48,258 nt of DNA. Source: Deinococcales bacterium. GTDB lineage: Bacteria > Deinococcota > Deinococci > Deinococcales > JAAFIG01. Under the pieces are notes generated by a model, which made no database searches, had not been told where the DNA came from, and saw only the letters and a list, made by a program, of their open reading frames with translations. Shown one piece after another: positions 19,509-29,695 of this stretch; position 1 is the first letter of the stretch; every line of letters begins with the position of its first letter. The position numbers and the translations under genes are program-made. The DNA lies in assembly GCA_031414595.1 (NCBI GenBank), contig JANNVX010000046.1, positions 1 through 48,258 of the forward strand. Reading direction: 5' to 3'.

Positions 19509-19616
19509 GCTGTGACGCGAAAATAGGCAGGACTGCCGAGTCTGCCACGTAAAATATGGGTGAAGACCCAAGGCAGTATCGGCATTTCGCCCCCGTTCGA
19601 GCCATATAATCGCCCT

Positions 19617-20759
19617 ATGACCACCACCATCAGCATTCTTGGCAGCACTGGCAGCATTGGCACACAAACCCTCGAGGTCGCTCGTTGGCGTAGCTGGCAT
19701 GTAGCTGGACTAGCCGCAGGAAAAAATCTTGAATTGGCTGTGAAGCAAGCCCTCGAGTTTAAGCCAGAAATGTTAAGCGTAGACCCAAGTATTTTAGCCG
19801 AGGCTCGAGCCGCCCTACCCCAGACCAAAGTAGTATCCGACCCCAAAGAAGTGGCAGTCTTAAAGGCTGATGTGGTGGTCGGGGCAATCCCTGGACTGGC
19901 TGGGCTTGCGCCTACCAAGGCGGCACTCGAGGCTGGGCGACATGTGGCGCTTGCCAACAAAGAAGCGATGGTCTGCGGCGGCAAGCTGATGTGGCAGATT
20001 GCCAAAGCAAGTGGCGCAAAAATTACGCCGATGGACAGCGAACACAGTGCGCTCTACCAGTGCCTTGTGGGTGAACGGATACAGGATGTTGCCGAACTGA
20101 TTTTAACCGCCAGTGGAGGACCTTTTCGTGATGCCCCCGAGGATTTGAGCAGCGTTACCCCACAAATGGCACTGAAACACCCCAATTGGGTGATGGGCGC
20201 GAAAGTCACGATAGACTCGAGTACCCTGATGAACAAAGGACTAGAAGTCCTCGAGGCACATTATTTATACGATTTTCCGCTCGAGCAAATTAAAGTCTTG
20301 ATTCAACCGGGCAGCATTATTCACAGCTTGGTGCGCTTTAAGGACAACCAAATTAAAGCCCAACTTGGTGTGCCGGATATGCGCCTCCCAATTCAGTATT
20401 CGATTCTGACTGCCTTAGAAACTTTGGGCATAGAATTTCCGGGCGCACGCCGCCCAAGCACGCCACTCGAGCCGTTGAACCTGATTGGCAGTCTCGAGTT
20501 ACGGGCGGTCAATTTCGAGCGTTTTCCGTGTTTAGGCTTGGCTTATGAGGCTGGTAGACTTGGCGGGGTTGCGCCTGTTGCCCTCAATGCCGCCGATGAA
20601 ATTGCGGTACAAGCCTTTCTCGAGCATCGCTTAAGTTACTTGGGGATTCCAAAGTTAATCGAAAAAGTGTTATCCGAAGCACCAAGTACCGAACTGACTT
20701 GGGAGAGCATTGAAGCCACTGACACTTGGGCGCGAACTCGAGCCGTAGAACTCATTTAA
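19617..20759 (+). CDS. dxr: 1-deoxy-D-xylulose-5-phosphate reductoisomerase
   Basis: [42 protein letters not shown] 19617 lies 6 nt after TATAAT. Confidence 0.96.
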   Translation: MTTTISILGSTGSIGTQTLEVARWRSWHVAGLAAGKNLELAVKQALEFKPEMLSVDPSILAEARAALPQTKVVSDPKEVAVLKADVVVGAIPGLAGLAPTKAALEAGRHVALANKEAMVCGGKLMWQIAKASGAKITPMDSEHSALYQCLVGERIQDVAELILTASGGPFRDAPEDLSSVTPQMALKHPNWVMGAKVTIDSSTLMNKGLEVLEAHYLYDFPLEQIKVLIQPGSIIHSLVRFKDNQIKAQLGVPDMRLPIQYSILTALETLGIEFPGARRPSTPLEPLNLIGSLELRAVNFERFPCLGLAYEAGRLGGVAPVALNAADEIAVQAFLEHRLSYLGIPKLIEKVLSEAPSTELTWESIEATDTWARTRAVELI

Positions 20760-21961
20760 GCCTTGTTAGAACGCCGCAACATCGGTAGTAAACACAACAC
20801 TGCCACCAATCCCAAACCACCCAAAACAGCAATCCCACCTCGAGAACCAAGCGTTGCCATCAACCAACCTGCAAACAACGATCCCGGCGGTGACATCCCC
20901 GCAAACACCAAAGAATAGACCCCCATGACTCGAGCGCGAAGCTCATCGGGTGTCTGTAACTGCACGGTTGAATTGGCTGAAACTGTAAAGAAATTCATGC
21001 CACTGCCCGCAAAAAATAAACTCAAACTAGCCAGCCAAATATTTGGCGCAAGCGATAAACAAATCATCGCTAAAGTCAATTGCAAACCGCCCCAAACCAT
21101 AAACCCTTGTTTATTGCCACCCAGAGCCGCTTGTAAAACTGCACCACTTACCGCACCAACCCCAAAACCAGCGCTCAGTAAACCAAAACCAGCTTCGTTT
21201 AAGCCGAGTGCAAACCGAGCAAAAGTCGGAATAATCACCTGAAAATTAATCACCGTTAAAGACAGCATCATCAGCATTAAAATAGGAACACCAACATTTT
21301 TTTCATTTTTAACATACGCTAAACCGATGCGAATATCCTCGAGTAAATTGGTTTTTTTAGGTTCTGGTTGCGGAATTTGAATTCGCCAAATCGCATACAA
21401 GACCCCCAGAAAAGACAAAGCATTGAACAAAAAAATACTTTGTAAACCAAGCGGCGCAACAATCCCAAAAAGCGCCCCGCCAAGCACCCTTGTGGTATTA
21501 AACGCCAAAGTATTTAAGGCAATCGCATTTGACATCAGTTCACGAGGCACAAGATTTGGCACTAAACTCTGGCGTGCCACCATATCCACGACATTGGCAA
21601 GTCCAGCACAAAACGCCAAACTTGCCACCAGCGCAAACGACTCGAGTTTTAAGCTCAGTACAGCCGTAAACCCAAGCGCCACACACATCAGCATGATTTG
21701 TGAACACAACAAGGCAGTTCGCCTCGAGACCCGATCCAGCACTGCCCCCGCAAAAAGCGAAAACACCAAACTTGGAGTCCACTGAATGGCAGTTAAAACC
21801 CCAAGCTGCGAAGTTGCCAAAGCTGGCTGATTTGGGTACAAAATTGTTACCACCAACCAAGAAATTGCACTGGCTTGCAACCACGAACCGATTAAAGAAA
21901 AAACTTGGGCAAACCAAAAACGGCGATACGCCACCACTGCAAATGCCGCGAAGATATGCAC
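20756..21961 (-). CDS. MFS transporter (MFS_3/DHA3-like)
   Basis: About 12 hydrophobic segments; [10 protein letters not shown] motif [18 protein letters not shown] 6 nt upstream of the GTG. Confidence 0.9.
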   Translation of the reverse strand: MHIFAAFAVVAYRRFWFAQVFSLIGSWLQASAISWLVVTILYPNQPALATSQLGVLTAIQWTPSLVFSLFAGAVLDRVSRRTALLCSQIMLMCVALGFTAVLSLKLESFALVASLAFCAGLANVVDMVARQSLVPNLVPRELMSNAIALNTLAFNTTRVLGGALFGIVAPLGLQSIFLFNALSFLGVLYAIWRIQIPQPEPKKTNLLEDIRIGLAYVKNEKNVGVPILMLMMLSLTVINFQVIIPTFARFALGLNEAGFGLLSAGFGVGAVSGAVLQAALGGNKQGFMVWGGLQLTLAMICLSLAPNIWLASLSLFFAGSGMNFFTVSANSTVQLQTPDELRARVMGVYSLVFAGMSPPGSLFAGWLMATLGSRGGIAVLGGLGLVAVLCLLPMLRRSNKA

Positions 21962-21963
21962 GG

Positions 21964-23292
21964 TTAAAGCATATTACTTTTAGCTTGGGCTTTGCGCTGA
22001 CGCAGCAGCCAGTTGTCGTACCTAAAATTTTCTTTGAAGAGGTTTGGCGAGTTCATATCACCCATAATCTCAAGCGGTAAGCCATCCACTTCAATCCAAG
22101 CATGACCCTCGAGTTTGCCGTTTACTTTACGGACACCACTGACAAAACTGGCGGCAAAACCATCTCGAGATAACATTTTAAGGAGCGCCAAGGATTTTGG
22201 CACACATGGATTTTTATGCAGACGCAAAACTCGACTGGCTAGTTTTACAGCTACACACCACTTAATGAGTTTCCCGAATTGTGCTTTGACTTGTGGTTGT
22301 GCATCAAATTGTGCAACCAACAAATTTAAGTCCGAAAATGTATCTCGAGCCCTGGTTGCTTTAAGCAGTAAGAATAAGCTGTACCAGAGATAAACAATTC
22401 TTGAAGGTGCATTCTTAATTCGGTCAAAATAATAATCAATTTCATAAGACCCTAATTCAGAAGCACACTGAACATCCCACTGAATTTGTTGCAACCGCGA
22501 AGGTTGTTGTAAGTCAAGTTTTTTTAACCACGGGTCGCAAGTTTCAAGGGTCAGTAAAATATTTTGCGCACAACCCAATTCTTTTGCTCGTGTCAGAACA
22601 GCTTCCCTTGTTACACTACTATATTCTTTTAGTGCGAATAAATCAGTGTAATCCGAAGCCTTTCGCTTCCACCTATCCCCCCAACGGCGGTTAATCAAAA
22701 ATGCAATCACATGATCTACAGGTTGCGGAATCCACATTGGTTGCCCCATTAATTTAACCTGCACAGCATTATCAGCAATGCTTTTTGTGAATCGCTCTCG
22801 TTTACTCGAAAAAGCATCAGTTTGTAGCAACTCGAGGTGAATATCTATTCGCACGGTTCGGTCTGGTGTGAACAAATGACTATACTCATGGTCGTACCCA
22901 AGGGCTTCCTCGTCCATACGGCAACTCTCGAGCCAACCAGCTTCTCGAGCTAAGCGCACTGCTATTTTGGCTTCCTCGAGACTAAAAAGCACATCTATAT
23001 CGCCATAAGAGCGCTCAAAAGAATTGGTATACACAAATTCTGAAAACGCAAAACCCTTAAAGACCATTGGGTGTAAACCAGCCTCAGACCAGATTTTGAG
23101 TAAACCAGCAAAGTGTTGACGTACCAGACTTTGCTGGGCGGCTCGAGCCAAGACAATTGGACGCAAGGCTTTTCGCGTTGGGTGTTCAGAATCTAGTTTT
23201 GCATATGCCCAACCCTCCAACTTATGAGCCTGAATGTCAACTGCTAAAGAAGCATTAGAACTGTGACCAAGCAAGAAATCAACAACACTCAT
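21964..23292 (-). CDS. Fusion: NTP_transf_5-type nucleotidyltransferase + lasso-peptide B2-like transglutaminase-fold protease
   Basis: N-term FKG...VY....RSYGDIDVL and IDIH; C-term NPCVPKSLAL...G......GVRK....EGHAWIEVDG. Confidence 0.82.
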   Translation of the reverse strand: MSVVDFLLGHSSNASLAVDIQAHKLEGWAYAKLDSEHPTRKALRPIVLARAAQQSLVRQHFAGLLKIWSEAGLHPMVFKGFAFSEFVYTNSFERSYGDIDVLFSLEEAKIAVRLAREAGWLESCRMDEEALGYDHEYSHLFTPDRTVRIDIHLELLQTDAFSSKRERFTKSIADNAVQVKLMGQPMWIPQPVDHVIAFLINRRWGDRWKRKASDYTDLFALKEYSSVTREAVLTRAKELGCAQNILLTLETCDPWLKKLDLQQPSRLQQIQWDVQCASELGSYEIDYYFDRIKNAPSRIVYLWYSLFLLLKATRARDTFSDLNLLVAQFDAQPQVKAQFGKLIKWCVAVKLASRVLRLHKNPCVPKSLALLKMLSRDGFAASFVSGVRKVNGKLEGHAWIEVDGLPLEIMGDMNSPNLFKENFRYDNWLLRQRKAQAKSNML

Positions 23293-25139
23293 GAGGCAAT
23301 AAAATCCCTGAAAGTAGGAATTAAGCGCTTAAACTCAGCCCGAACGGCACCTGCATCGCCTCGAGCCGCCGCTTCTTTTAGCGCTGCCAATTGTGCTTCA
23401 AAATTTGCGGGTGCTGCGGATTCCTTTGCCACAAAAATTTTGGTGTGCTTAGAAGCCGATGTCCCTTCCTCGGCAGTTAGTAATTCCTCAAATAATTTTT
23501 CGCCAGGTCGGACACCACTAAAAACAATTTCTATATCCTTACCAACTTCAAAACCAGAAAGCCGAATCACATCTTTGGCTAGGTCAACAATTTTAACAGG
23601 TTCGCCCATGTCCAAAACATAGACCGCACCATTATCTGCAAGTCCACCCGCTTGAAGCACCAACTGTGAAGCCTCGGGAATGGTCATAAAGTACCGTGTC
23701 ATCTCTGGATGCGTAATTGTGACAGGACCACCAACTTTAATTTGTTCTTGGAACAATGGGATAACGCTTCCTCGAGAACCCAATACGTTCCCAAAACGCA
23801 CCGAAACAAAATCTTGTTCAGGTTTAGCCTTGCTCGCACCGCGTTGTACCAAAAATTCTGCCACGCGCTTGGAAGCACCCATCACCGAAGTTGGATTAAC
23901 AGCCTTATCGGTCGAGACATTGACGAGGCGTTGCACCTCAAACTCAAGGCACAACTCTACGATATTCGATGAACCCTGAATGTTATTCGCTACCGCTTCC
24001 CAAGGATTTTCTTCCATCAGAGGCACATGCTTATGGGCTGCGGCATGAAACACCACTTGTGGCTTAAAACGCTCAAAAGCCCGACGCAGTGTGGCAAAGT
24101 CCCGCACATCGGCAATGACTGCGTAGGTCTCGAGTTCAGGGTATGTACGACGCATTTCTTGTTGAATAATATAAACACTATTCTCGCCACGCCCAAGCAA
24201 GATAACTCGAGTTGGCGCAAACCGAGCCACTTGACGCACAATCTCCGAGCCAATACTGCCACCTGCACCAGTCACCAAAACCGTGCGCTGCTCGAGGTAC
24301 CCAGCGATTTCTGAAGTCTCGAGTTTTACAGGGTCACGTCGCAGTAAATCTTCTAAAGAAACAGGACGAATCTGAGAAATACCAACCTTACCAGACAGAA
24401 TCTCAAAAACACCGGGAATGATGCGGTACGGGACACCAGCTTCCCGTGCCAAATCCACCACGCGCCGCACAATCTGACCAGGGGCGCTCGGAATGGCAAT
24501 CAGCACTTCGTTTGCACCAGTTTCTAAGACAACTCGAGGCAGAGCATCCACCACACCCAAAAGCGGCAAGCCAACAAAGCTCTGTCCAGCCTTAGCGCAT
24601 TCATCGTCCAAAAAACCAATTGGTTGTAAGCCCGAGGCAGGATGGCGAATCATTTCTCTGGCAATAATTGTTCCAGCCTCACCAGCCCCGACAATCAGTA
24701 CCCGCTTACCGCGTCCAGACTCGAGACCCGCAAGACTGATGGCTTGGCGTTCAAACAAGACTCGAGCCAATAAACGCAATCCGCCTAGTGCTAAGGCTGC
24801 CAGAACACCCTCAATCAATGGAACGCTGCGCGGTACGAGTGTCCAACCAGATAGGACAAAATTAAGTAGGTAAATAGGAACAGTCCAGAGCGCTAAAACT
24901 GCACCCAAACGGTACAAGTCACGCACACCAACCTTATGCCACGATTGCCGATGCAAACCAAAAAAATACAGTAAAGCCGCCTTTGGAATAACACCAAAAG
25001 CTACATACCATGCGATCACCCGTTTATGCTCGAGCAGTGGCAAATCTATCCGCACAAAAAAAGCCAGTAGCCCAACGAAAGACCAAGCCAGTAAATCCAG
25101 TATAAACTTTTCTTTGGTGGGACGCGACAACTTATTCAT
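23289..25139 (-). CDS. Membrane-anchored UDP-GlcNAc 4,6-dehydratase (CapD/WbpM/PglF family)
   Basis: N-terminal TMs, GAGEAG, VTGAGGSIGSE, HAAAHKHVP, STDKAV, RFGNVLGSRGSV, RPGEKLFEEL. Confidence 0.93.
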   Translation of the reverse strand: MNKLSRPTKEKFILDLLAWSFVGLLAFFVRIDLPLLEHKRVIAWYVAFGVIPKAALLYFFGLHRQSWHKVGVRDLYRLGAVLALWTVPIYLLNFVLSGWTLVPRSVPLIEGVLAALALGGLRLLARVLFERQAISLAGLESGRGKRVLIVGAGEAGTIIAREMIRHPASGLQPIGFLDDECAKAGQSFVGLPLLGVVDALPRVVLETGANEVLIAIPSAPGQIVRRVVDLAREAGVPYRIIPGVFEILSGKVGISQIRPVSLEDLLRRDPVKLETSEIAGYLEQRTVLVTGAGGSIGSEIVRQVARFAPTRVILLGRGENSVYIIQQEMRRTYPELETYAVIADVRDFATLRRAFERFKPQVVFHAAAHKHVPLMEENPWEAVANNIQGSSNIVELCLEFEVQRLVNVSTDKAVNPTSVMGASKRVAEFLVQRGASKAKPEQDFVSVRFGNVLGSRGSVIPLFQEQIKVGGPVTITHPEMTRYFMTIPEASQLVLQAGGLADNGAVYVLDMGEPVKIVDLAKDVIRLSGFEVGKDIEIVFSGVRPGEKLFEELLTAEEGTSASKHTKIFVAKESAAPANFEAQLAALKEAAARGDAGAVRAEFKRLIPTFRDFIAS

Positions 25140-25166
25140 GAGGCTAGGATACCACCGAAAACAAAT

Positions 25167-26693
25167 TTATGATTCCTTGGCAACCCACGCCACAAAAGCT
25201 TTTTGCTCGAGACTAAAAACTACGCCAAGTTGCACCACAGGTAACTCGAGACCCGCCGCATACTGATTCTGCTCGATCTGCAAAAGCGCTTCTTCGGGTG
25301 TACCACTGGTTTTAATCTCAAAAATAACCTGATGTGTGAAGGTCTCGAGCAAAATATCCATGCGTCCAAGACTGGTTTGAACCTGACTCTGGGTTCTAAA
25401 ACCTGTGGCAAGCAGCATAATGTGTAGCAAACTATGCGGATAGGCTTCTTCGCGCCGAAAAATCTCGTAAGGGATACTGGAAAGTACCTGATTAACCACA
25501 GTAAAAAAACCATCCCAATCTAATTTCTCGAGTAAGCGGTACAATTTTATGTTAAACGAATCGGGGTAAGTTTGCTGTGTATACTCGAGAATCAGATCAT
25601 TAGAAAAAGCCTGACGCACCTCCTGATTAGGATACCCCAACGTATAGGCTACGCCAAATGCTCCACTTGACTGCGACAAAATGGTTAAATACCCCGTTTG
25701 AAACATCAGCGAAGTCGGATTAATACGGTCTACATTGGTTGCCCTAATTTCTGAATCTGGTAGCTCGATATTCTCAAACTCGAGCGGATTGATTTTAGCA
25801 GCCCGAATCAAATCTACTAAAAAAGTAGGTGTGCCTGTTTCGTACCAAAAGGACTTAAATACTTGCTGCTCGAGAAAAAGTAAGAAACTAAACGGACAAT
25901 ACACCCGATTTTCTCCATCCCACGAATAGCCGTTGTACCAATGCTTAATGCTTTCCCAAAGTGTCTCGAGGTCAAGGTTAAATTTTTGCGCCAAGGCTGT
26001 CAGGTAGGTCGGGAAACCAACTTCGATTTCGCTTCTCGAGTAGCCACACAAAAGCGCATACTTGGTGTTCAGGCTAATATCTTGCAAATTATTTAAGTCC
26101 GAGAACAAACTGAGTTTGCCAATTTTTGAAACACCTGTTAAAAACACCAACTCGAGATAGGCATTCATCGGTTTTAAGACCCCATACACACCACGCAAGA
26201 CAACCGTATGTTCAGCCCGTTTTTCTGGCTCGAGCAGGTAATCGGTGATTGGTTTATCGTACTCATCTATCAGCACCACGACTTTGGCGGTTTTTGACAA
26301 CTCGAGAATCAGTTCCCGAAACGCATCTTTGGCATTGGAGTTTTGCAAAACAACTCCATACTCGAGCGCGTTAATCCGCAACCAATCGGTGATGCCTTGG
26401 TCTAAAGAAACATTGGTAAAGTTGATATTGGAAAAATCAAGCCGAATGACTGGATGCACCGCAAAATCAAAGATAGTCTCGAGCCAAAGACCCGCGAATA
26501 AATCCTTACGCCCATCAAAAATAGCTTTTAAGGTAGACACCAGTAAGGACTTCCCAAAACGCCTTGGGCGCGACAAAAAATAAGACTTACCCGACTCGAG
26601 TAAACCATAAATTAAATGGGTTTTATCCACATACGCATAACCCGTCTCGCGCAACGTAGGAAAATCCTGAATGCCAATTGGCAGGGTGTTCAT
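25167..26693 (-). CDS. AAA-ATPase-like + PD-(D/E)XK nuclease domain protein
   Basis: LPIGIQDF, YVDKT, LSRPRRFGKS, LIDEYDKP, WYNGY, PNQEV, GRMDI...FEIK. Confidence 0.9.
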   Translation of the reverse strand: MNTLPIGIQDFPTLRETGYAYVDKTHLIYGLLESGKSYFLSRPRRFGKSLLVSTLKAIFDGRKDLFAGLWLETIFDFAVHPVIRLDFSNINFTNVSLDQGITDWLRINALEYGVVLQNSNAKDAFRELILELSKTAKVVVLIDEYDKPITDYLLEPEKRAEHTVVLRGVYGVLKPMNAYLELVFLTGVSKIGKLSLFSDLNNLQDISLNTKYALLCGYSRSEIEVGFPTYLTALAQKFNLDLETLWESIKHWYNGYSWDGENRVYCPFSFLLFLEQQVFKSFWYETGTPTFLVDLIRAAKINPLEFENIELPDSEIRATNVDRINPTSLMFQTGYLTILSQSSGAFGVAYTLGYPNQEVRQAFSNDLILEYTQQTYPDSFNIKLYRLLEKLDWDGFFTVVNQVLSSIPYEIFRREEAYPHSLLHIMLLATGFRTQSQVQTSLGRMDILLETFTHQVIFEIKTSGTPEEALLQIEQNQYAAGLELPVVQLGVVFSLEQKAFVAWVAKES

Positions 26694-28237
26694 GATTTAA
26701 CTATAGCACTGCCCTCGAGTACCCCCGCAGTTGAGTCAGGTTGTTTAAGCCCAGCTGCAGCCATCCAAAATGCCAAATGCACAGGCGCATAGAAAAAGAG
26801 GTAATCCACAGAATTAATCACAAAAATAGCCGCTAAAAGTGCCAATGCACCTGCGTCTCGAGAACGCCAAGCCCGTAAAATCACCCAAGCCCACAGCCAA
26901 AGCATGGCGCATAAGCCGAGCAAACCAGATTCGCCAGCCGTTTGCAACCAAAGGTTATGGGCATGGGTTAAGGAGTCTTTGGTCAGCCCATAGCCAGTGG
27001 CTCGAGCATCGAACTTAACTTTCATTGCGGCAGATAAATCGCCAGTGCCAATCAAAAAAGTACGTGGATTCTCGAGCCACGCTTTAGCAGCTAAACGCCA
27101 AATCTCGAGCCGCCCTCGAGCCGAGTCTTGGTCTGAAATGTTAAGAGAACGTATGCCGGTTTGAGATTGGATAGTAATTGGTATAGACGTGCTACGAATA
27201 GTACCTGTTTGGAATACTACAATACCAAAAAGTGTCAAAATGAAAAGCCAAGGCAAGGCTTTATAGTATCGAGTACGAGCAACAAAAAAAAACACTAAAC
27301 CAACGGCAAGAGCAGCCAACGCACCTCGAGAACCAGAGAAGAAAATAGAGAGTAAAGAAGGGGAAAAGACGAAAAACGACCACAAGTACGAAGGTGCAAT
27401 AATTATCGCGAGTAATCCAACAACCGTTATTTGTGCGCTAAAAGCGTTGGGGCTAAATGCAAATCCAGAATCTCGGGAAAATTGTAATAAAGATATGCGT
27501 TCACGCAAACTCGGTGATGGGTTCTCGGAAAAGATAATAGAACGAAATTCAATAGGTGCATCTCCTTTTTTCCAAGCACTTTGCCCTCCAATCTGAAAAA
27601 GTGTATAAATGCGACTAGGAATGCTTAATCGTACTACGCATACGGACCATACTCTTTTGACATTACAAAACTCATCTGACCTTGTAGAGGTAATTAAACT
27701 TATAGGTACACGCACTTCTTTTTCGGAACGTAGTTCAATACTGTACGTGATGGTTGCAGGTCCTTTGTATCCTAAATGTTTAACTACCCACGCATCTTTC
27801 TGGTCTTTTGGGACAATCATTGTCGTATTATTTAAAAATCGAAGATCTACTTTACTGGTATTTTCAAATGCTGTCGGAAAACTGAAATACCCTAGTGAAC
27901 GAACTCCAGAGAAGAGACACATGAAAAAAATTCCAACCGTAAGTCCAAGAAAGAACTTATTGATTCCATATATTCCGTAAATAAGTGCAATAACAAGTAT
28001 CAACTCAGCTATTTTGATGTAATTTTGTGTAGTTATAAAACTACACAAATAATATACCATCGTCGGAATTATTAATTTATTAACATTCAAATCTTTTCGT
28101 TTAAACAGTAATTTATTTATTCCATTTAACCAAAAGAGAATTACATTTGCATATATAAAAATTGAAAAGAATAGTCCTATAAAAAAAGAAATTATACTTT
28201 TCAAGCCGTATTCACCGATTTTTTCAATAGTTACCAC
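26690..28237 (-). CDS. O-antigen ligase / O-oligosaccharyltransferase-like (Wzy_C) membrane protein
   Basis: SPNAF, SGSRGA, GRLEIW, IGTG, HAHNLWLQ...E.G; start uncertain. Confidence 0.85.
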   Translation of the reverse strand: MVTIEKIGEYGLKSIISFFIGLFFSIFIYANVILFWLNGINKLLFKRKDLNVNKLIIPTMVYYLCSFITTQNYIKIAELILVIALIYGIYGINKFFLGLTVGIFFMCLFSGVRSLGYFSFPTAFENTSKVDLRFLNNTTMIVPKDQKDAWVVKHLGYKGPATITYSIELRSEKEVRVPISLITSTRSDEFCNVKRVWSVCVVRLSIPSRIYTLFQIGGQSAWKKGDAPIEFRSIIFSENPSPSLRERISLLQFSRDSGFAFSPNAFSAQITVVGLLAIIIAPSYLWSFFVFSPSLLSIFFSGSRGALAALAVGLVFFFVARTRYYKALPWLFILTLFGIVVFQTGTIRSTSIPITIQSQTGIRSLNISDQDSARGRLEIWRLAAKAWLENPRTFLIGTGDLSAAMKVKFDARATGYGLTKDSLTHAHNLWLQTAGESGLLGLCAMLWLWAWVILRAWRSRDAGALALLAAIFVINSVDYLFFYAPVHLAFWMAAAGLKQPDSTAGVLEGSAIVKS

Positions 28238-28820
28238 GTCCAGAAAAAATGATTAATATCGTGGCAAATAATATACTTAGATCTTGATGCAAAGAAAGAT
28301 TTTTCACATACTCCATATCAAACTTTACTTTTTCCGCATCACTTAAATCATCACGCCCACGAACTTGCGCCAAACCCGTAATTCCAGGCAACAAATTGTC
28401 TACGCCTGCATTTTTCCGCATTAGTACAACAAATTCTTGACTCGGTAAAGCTGGTCTTGGACCTATAAAGCTCATTTGTCCTAACAGAATATTTATTATT
28501 TGGGGTAATTCATCCAAGCTTGTTTTTCTAAGCCAAAATCCAATTCTAGTAATCGGACTTATCCCAGCTTTGAGCATTTCTGCTGTTGATATATTGGGAG
28601 TTCCTATCTTCATGGTGCGAAACTTTAAACATTTAAAAATTTGACCCTCTTTTCCCACTCGATCTTGCATAAATAACACACCACCCTTAGAGTCCAATAC
28701 AATAATAATACCAACTACAAACAAAATGGGTATTAAAGGCAATAAAATGACTAGAGCAAATATCAAGTCGAGTAATCTCTTAATAAAAAAGTAATTGCCT
28801 AAAGACTTAGCTTTTTCCAT
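28224..28820 (-). CDS. Initiating phosphoglycosyl transferase (Bac_transf, PglC-like)
   Basis: KRLLD, KFRTM, SLDELPQ, GPRP, PGITGLAQV. Confidence 0.93.
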   Translation of the reverse strand: MEKAKSLGNYFFIKRLLDLIFALVILLPLIPILFVVGIIIVLDSKGGVLFMQDRVGKEGQIFKCLKFRTMKIGTPNISTAEMLKAGISPITRIGFWLRKTSLDELPQIINILLGQMSFIGPRPALPSQEFVVLMRKNAGVDNLLPGITGLAQVRGRDDLSDAEKVKFDMEYVKNLSLHQDLSILFATILIIFSGRGNY

Positions 28821-29695
28821 TACAACAACCCTTGGTTTCGCATTGAGTCTATCTCGAGTTTGATTCCTTGCTCAAAACTTCGAGGTGAGTAGCCTAACTC
28901 AGAAACCGATTTTGATATATCAAAAACCTTATCCTCCTGTAACCTTAGCACTTGTTCAACAGTCACAGGGAATTTAGGAATATAACTACCGATTTTCGCC
29001 CCCAACTTAGCCAATTCAAATGGAATGTTTAGAAGATAAACATTTCGGTCTAACATCTCTAAAATACTCTGAACCAATTTCTTATAGGAAATTGGTTCAG
29101 GACCACATAAATTATACTCGTTATTAGCAGAATTACTTGAAACAATAGCTGCCACAATTCCATCTGCCAAATCATCCACAAATACAGGTTGCATTAAACT
29201 GGTTCCATCACTAAAAAGCGGAAACATAGGATACTTAGATAAAAAACCTATTAGACGACTCATATTACGGTCTCGAGTATGTCCATAAATCATGCTAGGA
29301 CGCAAAATAGTATAGGTAATTCCACTAGAACGAATTTTTTCTTCATTAATTTTATAGATTTCAGAGAACTGATTGTATGAAGAAAAAACCCCAGTAGTCG
29401 TGACAAAAAAAGCACGCTTGGTTTTAGAATTTTGGAGTGTATTGAGCGAAATGTGGTAGTGCTTAGGGTGAGTCATATCAATAAAAATAGTATCAAGATC
29501 AAGTAATTTTTCAAATGATGTAGGATCTGTAACATCTGCAATAACGGTTTTTACCCTCAGTTCTTGATGAGGACTAACATCTGATGAGTGACGCACTAAA
29601 CAGGTGAGGTTTTCAGCTCCTACTTTCTCAACCAACCTACGCAGAACTGCATGACCCGTTCCAGAAGAAGATCCCGCAAAAACATATTGTGTCAT
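28820..29695 (-). CDS. NAD-dependent epimerase/reductase (atypical SDR)
   Basis: Rossmann-like GSSSGTG, Y...E, TILRPSMIYG, QPVFVDD. Confidence 0.75.
   Translation of the reverse strand: MTQYVFAGSSSGTGHAVLRRLVEKVGAENLTCLVRHSSDVSPHQELRVKTVIADVTDPTSFEKLLDLDTIFIDMTHPKHYHISLNTLQNSKTKRAFFVTTTGVFSSYNQFSEIYKINEEKIRSSGITYTILRPSMIYGHTRDRNMSRLIGFLSKYPMFPLFSDGTSLMQPVFVDDLADGIVAAIVSSNSANNEYNLCGPEPISYKKLVQSILEMLDRNVYLLNIPFELAKLGAKIGSYIPKFPVTVEQVLRLQEDKVFDISKSVSELGYSPRSFEQGIKLEIDSMRNQGLL

Noticed and set aside
19526-19590. Imperfect hairpin GGCAGGACT-GCCG-AGTCTGCC with a degenerate echo downstream
   Set aside because: Could be a terminator or REP relic, but it has no U-tract or GTAG end and is too weak to call.
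20756-21961. MFS as a dedicated exporter for the nucleotidyltransferase-B2 product
   Set aside because: It lies only 2 bp downstream but has its own leaderless-type -10 box (TATGCT) and is a common family; the link is unsupported.
26623-26631. Single perfect DnaA box
   Set aside because: Isolated and explained by the conserved YVDK codons of the AAA protein.
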